Source: Chiloscyllium plagiosum (Eukaryota). Taken from it: a stretch of DNA of 60,578 bases. Positions 50,784 to 60,578 of this stretch are shown here, one piece after another. Position 1 is the first letter of the stretch; every line of letters begins with the position of its first letter. The notes below the pieces were generated by a model, which saw only the letters and a program-made list of their open reading frames with translations, ran no database searches and was not told the origin of the DNA. Position numbers and translations under genes: made by a program. The stretch is from assembly GCF_004010195.1 (NCBI RefSeq), contig NC_057728.1, positions 46,179,290-46,239,867 of the forward strand, given 5' to 3'.

Positions 50784-52424
50784 TCTCCTGTTCCTTGGAT
50801 GCTGCCTGACCTGCTGCACTTTTCCAGCAACACATTTTCAGCTCTGATCTCCAGCATCTGCAGCCCTCACTTTCTCTCAATCACTAAATGGCATTGTTTG
50901 ACTAAACAGTGGTACATTGATTTTGCTAAAGAAAACAAAGCTACGGTGAATGTTGCATACTCTGATCTGAAACTGAGATAATTCAGCCACTAACAACAGA
51001 AACAAGGGATGAAGACCCTCAGAGAAAGTATTGGAATTGGGAGAACCTCGGCAACCTTAAAAGGAACTCTGCACAATTTCAAGAACATTGTTGAAACCAC
51101 GCTTGGCTTTCCTTATAAAACCCAGAGACCTGAGTGGGGTAGGGTTGGTGGTGTAGAAAGTTGGATAAATAGTCATTGGGTATGAACACTTAGATGGAAG
51201 AGAAATGCAGTGTAATGAGTTAATTGTACTTTAGTCTCATAATATCAACTGGGCATGCGTGTGAGAAGTATTTCGTTATTATGTCAGATGACTTGGGACT
51301 GGGACCAGAGTCCCTTGCCATCCATTGTGTATCATATTGTTTAATAACACTTGTTAATGTTCACTCACCTGAGTGTAGACCTGATCTTACTAAACCCTCC
51401 AATCTCTGGCAGGCATAGCACAATGCCCCAGGATTGGTGGAGCAACCTGCCTCAATAATACTAATTGTCTGACCCTGAAAACCTTTATACAACACGTCAA
51501 TGGGGTCATTGGTACAGAGTGGTTCCTGATCTTCATCGGTGGAACAATATTCAAGGCTGTGATATTGGATCATTACCTGGCTCGAAAAGAAACTTTCCAC
51601 ATTTACCTTATAATGTTGTACAATTGGTACTGAAAATGGTGACGTTTAATCAAACTACAGGCACATTTCCTTAATATAAAGCAAAAATGTGCCTGTGAAG
51701 TTTACTGTCCCATGTTTGTTCACTCAATAGTATAATGATTCAGCTCCTCCACATTTATTGCTTTCAGGTTAAAGCAGCAGTTGTTTGTCATTTGTGGACA
51801 AAACCAATAAAGACCATCATTATTTCATTTTAACTCACCCCAACAAGTTAATGACCAGCCGGGAAAAAAATTTTCTTTCTCCTGACTTGCATTAAAATAC
51901 ACAGTTAATTCCCTGAGTGTTATCTTCTTTGATGCCCTGAAGCAAGTATTAATTTCCAAATCACATTGATCATCAAATATTCTGCAATGTATGTCTAATT
52001 AATTGAATTTACACATTAAATAAGTGTAAAGAGTAATAAGATAATAATGTCATAGGGTTCCTATTTCATCTAAAAGATATTCTTCTGTCAAATTGTTTGT
52101 GGTTGAACTGCAAAACCCCTATGATTGAATAGTTACTGCTATGGCTCATTGATGCTCTGTGCTGTAGTTATTGCTTAATAATGCTTTGAGATCTAGGGCC
52201 ACTATAAAACTAATGGCTCAAATAAAATCAATGGAGGTTTGTTGCTGATGTCGAACAATATATTGATGGAGACTAGCTGAATATCAGAATTGTATGTGTT
52301 TTAAGTTTATATGATGCATTCAATATGCCAAAATGTGACAGTGCGCTTTACAGAAGCTTTATCCAAAAGATGTGTATAATTTTGATCACCTATTTCAGAA
52401 GAAACACACTTTCAATGCACCAAA

Positions 52425-52925
52425 AATAAATCAAAGAAGTGCAGATGTTGAAAATGAGAAACAAAAACAGAAATTGCTGGAAAAGCTTAGCAGGTCTGGC
52501 AACAGACAACAGAAGCAGAAGGCTTATCCAATTATGGCTCTCACTCCACTTTCCTACATGCATCCCCATAACTCACTTGTTCCAAAGTCTATCTAATCCA
52601 GTCTTGAATACTCTCAATGACACAGCCTTGTTGGGGCAAAGGACCTGGTTCCTCACTGTAGGTAATCTAATCTAATCTGTGGAAAGAAAGCAAAGTTCAT
52701 GTTCTGGGCCGAGTGACCCTTCTTTAGGACATCTTCTTCGAAATACTAGAAATGTTATTTTCGCTTTCTCTCCACAGATGTTGCCAGACTCAGCAGGTCT
52801 AGCAGCGTCTGTGGAAAGAGTAATAGTACTATCATTTCAAGTCCACTATGATTGTTCTTCAGAACCTGTTCAGTTTCTCCTAGACTTCCTGTTTCCATTT
52901 CAGATATCCAGTATCTGCAGTTTTT
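52425..52925. mobile_element. Nested cluster of family-C PLE tails with CR1-tail and SINE-tail pieces
   Basis: agcaggtctggc and ttgccagac arms; degenerate hammerheads on the minus strand at ~52700 and ~52835-52862; inserted segment 52505-52675. Confidence 0.7.
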
Positions 52926-53079
52926 TTTTATTTGAAGAAACAGAGCAGGTTTTATCAGATAGGTGCTGAAAGGATGTTCCCCTCATGGGGGAATCTAAAA
53001 TGTAGGAGAATAGTTTCAAACTAATGAGTGTCCCACTTAAGTTGGAGTTGAGGATTGATTGATTTATTGTTGTCATGTT

Positions 53080-53371
53080 GATTAGATGGTAGGTTTCCCT
53101 ACAGTATGGAAACAGGCCCTTTGGCCCAACAAGTCCACAACGACCCTTTGAAGAGTAACGCACCCAGACCCATTCCCCTGACTAATGCATCTAACACTAT
53201 GGGCAATTTAGAATGGCCAATTCACCTGGCCTGCACATCTTTGGATTGTAGGAGGAAACCCCAGCAGACACAAGGAGAATGTGCAAACTCCACACAGATA
53301 GTCACCCGAGGCTGGAATCGAAACCAGGTGCCTGGCGCTGTGATGCAGCAGTGCTAGCCACTGTGCTGCCC
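53080..53371 (-). mobile_element. HE1 V-SINE
   Basis: B box GGTTTCGATTCC, V-domain and tail; catgtt at 53074 and 53371. Confidence 0.9.
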
Positions 53372-54245
53372 ATGTTCCAAGGTACAGTGAAAGGTGTTGT
53401 TTTGCATGCTATAAAGGCAGATCTTATCTTGCAAAGTCCATCATGGTAGCAGAACAGAGTGCTGAATACTGTTCCAGTTGCAGAATCTTTAAACCTGAAT
53501 GTAGATTTAATAGAAGATTCTTAGTAACTCTGATAGACTTAGAATTGAGGTTTAAAGGAGCATAACAATTACAATACATGTAAGATCTGCTCTCGACAGC
53601 TCATGAAATGTCACTATACTTTGACACAATCTTGATCACAAGCGGAGGAACTGTTTCTCTCAGATTATCCTCAATGTCAATTCTGATACTAGTCAGTCAG
53701 TGAAACAGAAACCAAAACACTTTTTCTTTCTGGATGGAGTTTATTAACTGCTCAATCTTACAGGTCCTTCCACACACCTGTGCCACCTTCTGCTTCTGTT
53801 GTTTGTATTTGAATGTTTTAAATTGTAGCTGAGGCTAAAGCATTGAATGTTTTCTAGAAGTTAGATACACCTCTTATAACTAAAGGGATCAGAATAGGGT
53901 GAAAATGGGATCAGGAAACTGACTAGGATGATCAGCCATGGTCATATTGAATGGCAAAGCAGGCTCAAATGGTTGAATGAACCCTATTTTCTATGTCAAT
54001 ATTGCTGCTATGTGGCAAAGTGAGATTTACACTCATCGGAAAAAGCAGCAATATGCTTTATTGAACAGAGCGTGGTAAGACAATACACCTTAGCTAGAGC
54101 CCAGACTCTGGTCTGAGTTCTATGTGATCAGACATCATAATGATATATCTGCTTTTGCACATCTTCAATATCTATATTTAGAGTAAAGATACAATTCCTT
54201 CACCTCACACATTTATATTCCTGGTTTGTTGTATAAATGCATCCA

Positions 54246-54541
54246 TGGGTTCAATGGTTAGCACTGCTGCCTCGCAGCGCCAGGGACCCAGGTTCAATTC
54301 CAGCCTCGGGAAACTGTCTGCGTGGAGTTTGCACATTCTCCCCGTGTCTGCGTGGGTTTCCTCCCACAGTCCAAAGATGTGCTGGTCAGGTGAATTGGCC
54401 ATGCTAAATTGCCCATAGTGATAGGTGCATTAGTAGGGAGTAGGGAAATGGGTCTGGGTGGGTTACTCTTCAGAGGGTTGGTGTGGACTTGTTCGGCTGA
54501 AGGACCTGTTTCCACGATGTAGGGAATCTAACCTAATCTAT
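54246..54541 (+). mobile_element. HE1 V-SINE
   Basis: tggttagcactgctgcctc...ggttcaattcc, V-domain, aatctaacctaatcta tail. Confidence 0.92.
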
Positions 54542-54672
54542 AAAACAAAGAGCTGTGGATGCTGGTGATCTGAAACAAAAACAGAAATTGCTGGAGAATC
54601 TCAACAGATCTGGCAGCATCAGTAGGCTGACAGCAGAGTTAAATGTTTGAGTCCAGTGTCTCTTTGCCAGAA
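54542..54672 (-). mobile_element. Short PLE tail, family C
   Basis: gatgctggtgatctgaaacaaaaacagaaattgctggag...tctggcagcatc. Confidence 0.75.
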
Positions 54673-55677
54673 TGTTGGTTGTCCATTTGTTGGCTTATAT
54701 CACTGTTATTGCCCAACAAGACATCCCTTTGACTCATTGCCAGATTTAAAATAACTTCAGCATGGAAAAAAAAATCCCTTTTGGATGTTATTGACAGGTT
54801 TCTTCAAAGTCAATGGTGAGGGCCCTTGTTTCATTAATGACAGCTAAATCCAGGCCATTTCAGCACTTGGTTGAAGAGGCAAATATTTATGAGGGTCTTA
54901 AAGGCTGGAAAATGTGGAGGAGTTAACAATAGAATTCTAGAATGAGAAACCTCTATTGATGAACACAGCAAAACTGTCAAAAACAATTTCAGGAGGGCAA
55001 ATTGTTTCTTGTTGTGAAAATACTTGTGCTTGTTACTCAATTAAATACGTATCATAGAATTCATAAACATTTATGTGTTATGAAAGTTAATACATATTAT
55101 TATTGCCCACTTGAGCAGATACTTTTCATGGATAAATATTCCCAATGGTAGTACGTTTTTCCGAAAATTCAGTGAAATCAAAAGCACCTAATAATTTACA
55201 GAGCAGTCTTCACAAATCACTGTGAAGCATCTTTATGTAAATCATCAGGTTCCTCGAGCTTGTGGCTTTGTGGAAAAAATGCATTCAATGAGAAACAAGC
55301 ACTGAAACTACTGGGGGAATCTGCTGAATATCATCAATGATTATCAAAGTAGCTATCAACTCAGGGCCATTGTGAGTGCCTGACAAGATCGTTCTCTGCA
55401 TATAGTTCAGCACTTGATTAATTCCCCAAGGAAACTTATCCCTTTCCTCACTCAAAACAGTGAATAGTTTTACATTGAAATTTAGCAGATTTATTTGTTA
55501 AATAAATAGCTGTTAAATTTCTATTGTATAACAATGTTGATTCGCCCACATACCTACAATATGGATCTCGCAGATCAGAAAAATTGAAAGAAGCATAAGG
55601 CATACCTGGCTTTTAATTTGATCCAACTAGTGTCATTTTGACAGTACTGAGTTGGATGATCAGCCATGATTATGTTG

Positions 55678-55805
55678 TGATGTGGAGGGGACCGGTGTTG
55701 GACTGCAGTGGACAAAGTCAGAACTTTCATGGCACCAGGTTATAGTACAACAGGTTTATGTTTCAAATAAACCTATTAGACTATAATCTGGTTTCGTGTG
55801 ACTTC
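55678..55805. mobile_element. Short PLE hairpin insert, family B variant, nested in a CR1 tail
   Basis: ccaggttatagtacaacaggtttat / ataaacctattagactataatctgg are inverted; perfect 11-bp TSD tgattatgttg (55667-55677 / 55806-55816). Confidence 0.88.
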
Positions 55806-56534
55806 TGATTATGTTGAATTCTGCAGTAGGTCAAAACGCTGAATGATGCGATTTTTACTCCTACATCTATCTTCTATGTTTCTACACTTCTAGGATGAGA
55901 GTATCATACTAATGTATTATTGCTTGAACATTTCCATTCTTGTATTTCCAGATAGCACAAGGTGCCAGTAATACAGACTCCATGCTGCCCTATTGACAAA
56001 GTTCTGCTCACTAAAAGGGCCAAATAAATTGACTTCCTGACAACATAAGCTTAGTTAATTTGCATCAATCTTTGGTATTCAAGTGTATTCGCAACTTATT
56101 CTGCAACTTAAATGGTATGTAACACTTTCGTAATTTGGCTGGTGGTGTCTGCTGAGAGTTATTGAGCATACATGTTAAAAATGCGTGACCAAAGGGCCTA
56201 AATATTATTACAAATTAAATGGAAATTACCTTACTTGTATCAAATTTAGACATGTGTTAATCGTTGAAGTAATTGCAGCTTTTAAGGATCCTCAATGGAC
56301 AACATAGTAAAGACCGTAGTAAGATGTTTCTACTTGTCTGAGTTGCTGCTTTTGTGAGGAGGTTATTTCACAATTAACCTGCAGAAGCAGAAAGCAGGAG
56401 ATTACTTCATTGATTGGTGCTGAGGTTATGAATGGTGCCATATTAATGCAAGCTTTTCTACTACCAGAATGGTAGAGTGTCAGCCAGGTGGACAATTCCC
56501 ATGTTTCAAGTACACCCACACTTGATTTAGTAAC

Positions 56535-57795
56535 AAACACAAAGAATACTGGGAAAATTCAACCGATCTGGCAACCCAGAGAGGGAGAAACAGAGTTAAT
56601 GTTTTGAGGCTGTTTCGACTTCTTCAGAATGAAGAGATGTTGGAAAATTTTCTTTACGCTTTTGACAGAGACAAAGTCCAAGTGCAAAAGACAAAGGGAC
56701 TGTTAACAGTAGAGAAAGAGAAAAAGAAATGTAAAATTAGTGTGTATTGATGTATGAAAGGATGGGAATGGATCCTCTCTACAAATTGCAATAGAAACAA
56801 GACATAAGCAAGGGCAGGTTGTGGGGGTTGGTGATGGGAAAGAATTAAAAGTAAAAGGAGAACAGACATCATGCAGCCAGATTCTGAAGTTATTGAATTC
56901 AATAATAAGACCTTGAGATTGTACAATGCCTACACTGAAAATGAGGTGATTTTCTCCGAAATGACATTGTGATTTGTTGCAGAGGCCCAGGACGGAGATG
57001 TTAGCATGAGAGCAAGGTGGTACACTGAAATGGCAAGCAACGGAGAGGTCAAGATCAATCCTGCAGACAGAACAGAGGTATTCTACAAAGCAATCACTCA
57101 GGCTGTATTTGGTCTCACCAATGTAAGGGAGACGACGGTGCGAGCAGCGAGTACAGCACGAGATTGAAAAAAGTACAAGTGAAATGCTACGTCAACCGGA
57201 AGCTATGCTTGGGACCTTGAACAGTGAGGAAGAAGGAAGTAAATGGATAAGTGTTACACCTTCTGCAATTGTCAAAGAAGGTGTCATGGAGGAGTGAGAA
57301 AAATTAGGTGTGCTAGAAGATTGAACTAGGGTATCACTTTCTGGATTGGTCCCTGCAGAAGGCTGACAGTGAAGGGAAAGGAATGATGTATTTGGTGGTG
57401 GCAGAAATGGTGGAGGAAAATCCTTTGGATGTGAAGGCGAGTGGGTTGGAAAATAAGGACAAAGAAAACCTTATCCTTGTTCTGGGAAGGAGTGAGGGTA
57501 GAAATGTGTGAAATGGGTTAGACATATGAGGGCCCTGTCAACCAAAATGTGGGGGAGACTCCTCATTTGAACAAAAAGGAGGTGATGTTGAAGGTAACCA
57601 GGTGGAAGGTGGCAACATCAGAACAAATGTGACGGAGATGAAGCAACTGGGAGAATGGAATGGAATCCTTACAGGAAGAAGAGTATGAGGAAGTGTAGTC
57701 AATGTAACTGTGGGAGTCCATGGTCTTGTGATGGATATTGGTATTCAGCTATCCTCAGAAATGGAAACAGTGAAGTCAAGGAAGGAAAAGGAAGG
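56535..57795 (-). mobile_element. Old Neptune-type PLE 3' portion, parent of family C
   Basis: Minus strand FTCT...YIGETK.SLSDCF.EYL (GIY-YIG) near 57080-57185; ends in the family-C tail with ctgaagaagtc at ~56617-56627. Confidence 0.8.
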
Positions 57796-59249
57796 CTCTT
57801 GTATAGGCTATGTATTCAATGTGCACACTGGTTCATGTTGACCACCCAATTCAGGTATTGCAAAGAGTGAAGTGCATCATGGCCTGCCATGATATTAATG
57901 TACCCAGCCTATAATGCTTGAAATATTTTAATCCTAAATAAATTTATGATTTTCAGAAGCATTTTACATCAAGTGAATTCTAATGAGAGTTATTCACTAA
58001 ACAGATTGTTTTCCTTGTCTTAAGCAATTTTCACGCTTAACATTAAAAAGGAACAGTTTTCTCATTGCTGAGTAGGCAATCTGCAGTATTTAGCTAATTT
58101 ATTTGCCCTAGCATGTTACCATATAGTGAAAGGATCACATTACCTGTTCTGAAATCCTAACACTTGCTGTTGAGAAAGCATTGAGACAATTAGAATTAGA
58201 TTCATCCCTTGGGTCTCATTCCAGTCATAAAATTAAACACAATATTATGCTTCAGTCACTGTAGCATTATAACCACTGGAAACCATCAACAAAAGGCAAA
58301 TTAAACAACAGCATGAAGATCAAAATTTTAGAGAGGTACTGTTGTTAGTTATTGTCACTCACATCTGTAACCTTACTAAATTGTTAAATATACAGTATGT
58401 AGAAATAGATTCTTTGAGGATTACCTTGTGTTTATACCTTAAAGAATGTATTGAACTTTTACTTTTTATCTCTTCTGATTTCTCCCTTTATTGCTCTGCT
58501 TTTGACCACAATGAATTATAGCTTTTGTAGAGTTTTAAAGCAGCAGCATCCCAGCCAACATTGACAATGAATTTTGGTGGGGGCTTAGCTAGAAATTGAT
58601 ATAGCCACACTTAACCTTCATCCTTATCTGAGGAACACCGCCTAGCAACCGGCTTGCATGTTTTCTCGTTTACTTTATCATTATAAAAGGGTAACAGTTA
58701 GTGTAGCTAGCTTGGTGAGTGGAGTATGGCACAGAATAATGCCAATGCCTGTACAGGTTGAGGCAAATCTTGGGGTTGACTTCCTCACCTTGTCCATAGT
58801 GAAAGTCTTGGTTTGCACCATTGTTAGCCATTCCCAGAAAATGAGGATTCTTTATGGGGAGAGATTGTAACGAGTTTGTGAACTAAAAACCCATTGATCA
58901 ATGTATCATAGTGCAGTCATTCAGCAAAGCTGTTGGCAATCTAATGGCTAAACCCATTAGTTATTCAGATGGGGAGTGTACAGTGATGTGTGTGTGCAGC
59001 AAGGGAAGATATGCTGTTGTAGCCCTTTGGGGAATGTTAAACCACTTGATTGTTGCTGAAAAATATATCTTAAACATATGGGCAATGTGTGAAGCTAGTT
59101 GCTGTAAAGCCAGCAAGTCATTCTACCTATCACAAAAATGAATTTTAGTTCCATGTGATGCTAAGTATATAACCCTACATCCCAAAGACTGGCAAAGCAT
59201 TTTTTTTTAAAAATCCCTTTGGCTATTCTCAACAGACAAGGTATTGACC

Positions 59250-59420
59250 ATAACAAAAACAGAAATTGTTAGGGAAACTCAGCAGGTCTGGCAGAGTTAA
59301 TATTTCAAGTCTGGTGACTTTTCTTCAAAGCTTCTTCCCACAAGCAAACTGCCAGACCTGCTGAGTTTCACTAGTGATTTGTTTCAGATCTCCAGTATCC
59401 ACAGTTCCTTGTTTTATTTT
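59250..59420. mobile_element. Short PLE hairpin, family C
   Basis: ctcagcaggtctggcag and ctgccagacctgctgag are exact inverses. Confidence 0.8.
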
Positions 59421-59429
59421 TGAGTTCCT

Positions 59430-60205
59430 GACTATAGCGAACCAGAATGTGCATTCTCAAACCAACTTTATATGTGATTCTGTGATCGGATAGCACTTGC
59501 TAGACAATCCTGACTACATGAGAAATTATACTGATAATCGATTTAGGATTGTCAGTCAGGCCCACACTGTGGTTTACTTGGGCACAGCAGAAGCTAAATT
59601 TTGCTCATACCCAGGACTCTGATTTGTGTGGACAGGAAGAGCACAAACACATGCTGTGCGTGTTTCAGTCCAAAAATGAAATATAGACGAACTTCGATTA
59701 TCCGAACAAGATGGGCAGGCACTATTTCGTTCAGATAATTGATTATCCGGTTAATTGATTCAATGCCTTTCCTCTGGGGCTCGGAGTTTTCTGTTAAATC
59801 TTCTCCCTGCTCACGAGACGAGGCATCGGCACACAGTGTGCGAGACCCCAGCCCCCAACCCCATCCAACACCTCCATCCATCCCCAATCCCATCCAACAC
59901 CATCCCCAGCTCGCTGCCTCCACTCGCCCTCAATCCAACACTGTCCCCCCACCCACACCCCCCCCAACCCGGACGAACACCGTTCCCAGCCCGCCCGCCC
60001 CACACCAGGACCTCGAGATCTCCTTCACATAATCCGATATTCGGATAGCTGATATCTGATAATCGAGGTTCCTCTGTAGGTGGCAGCTGTGACTCATATC
60101 ACAGGCAATGCCTTGACCAATCAAAATTTAAACAAAGTTTGACAGCCAGTCACAATCCAATATGTGCATTCTCCATGGAAAAGCCATTACAAATCAGAGT
60201 CTCCT
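59430..60205 (+). mobile_element. Old PLE 3' fragment (GIY-YIG C-terminus), split by a MITE
   Basis: CDSVIG*HLLDNPD...NYTDNRFRIVSQA...LCGQEE; probably related to 23480-24070. Confidence 0.7.
59684..60076. mobile_element. Tc1/mariner (Tigger/pogo-like) MITE
   Basis: TIRs (T/C)AGA(C/G)GAAC(T/C)TCGATTATC; TA at 59682-59683 and 60077-60078; internal subterminal ATCCGA/TCGGAT repeats. Confidence 0.9.
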
Positions 60206-60279
60206 GGCAAACAGTTCAGCCCTCTGCTCTCATAACAGGCTGAATGTCGTTAAATTGGTACATTCCCTCCCTCCCTCCC

Positions 60280-60578
60280 ATTGGTCCACTTTCTCCGTTC
60301 CGACTCCAACCTCACTATCAAACCAGCAGACAAGGGAGGCGCGGTAGTAGTTTGGCGCACCGACCTTTACACCGCTGAGGCTAAACGCCAGCTCGTGGAC
60401 ACCTCCTCCTACTGCCCCCTTGACATGACCCCACCTCCCACCACCAAACCATCATCTCCCAGACCATCCAGAACCTCATCACCTCAGGGGATCTCCCATC
60501 CACCGCCTCCAACCTCATAGTCCCACAACCCCGCACCGCCCGTTTCTACCTCCTGCCCAAAATCCACAAACCTGACTG
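60280..60578 (+). mobile_element. Penelope-like RT N-terminal region (runs off window)
   Basis: LTIKPADKGGAVVVWR and, after a frameshift, TARFYLLPKIHKPD. Confidence 0.92.

Larger units (their letters stand above)
50669..50877. mobile_element. Short PLE hairpin insert, family A (young)
   Basis: ~80-bp near-perfect inverted arms centred at 50749-50752; perfect 13-bp TSD caatcactaaatg (50656-50668 / 50878-50890). Confidence 0.93.

Overview
AT-rich, repeat-dominated vertebrate DNA with no recognisable host protein-coding gene. The repeat inventory (HE1 V-SINEs with AATCT tails, CR1/HER1-type LINEs, Deu-domain SINEs, abundant Penelope-like elements, PLEs) points to a shark, probably an orectolobiform such as Chiloscyllium/Hemiscyllium (inference). 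Almost all long ORFs are decayed transposon fragments. The window holds three large + strand CR1 copies (one near full length), five HE1 SINEs, at least five PLE families, a Gypsy 3' fragment plus a solo LTR of the same family, L2 and RTE relics, and a Tigger/pogo-type MITE. The most interesting signal is a set of short (about 100-210 bp) PLE-derived inserts. They carry minimal hammerhead ribozyme motifs, are often self-inverted hairpins, and are flanked by 11-16 bp target-site duplications; each family can be tied to a longer GIY-YIG-coding relative inside the window. Also notable are a 54-bp minisatellite with a 324-bp higher-order repeat, an unexplained 361-bp inverted-repeat element and two local templated duplications. 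All calls come from reading the sequence by eye, so boundaries of old repeats are approximate.
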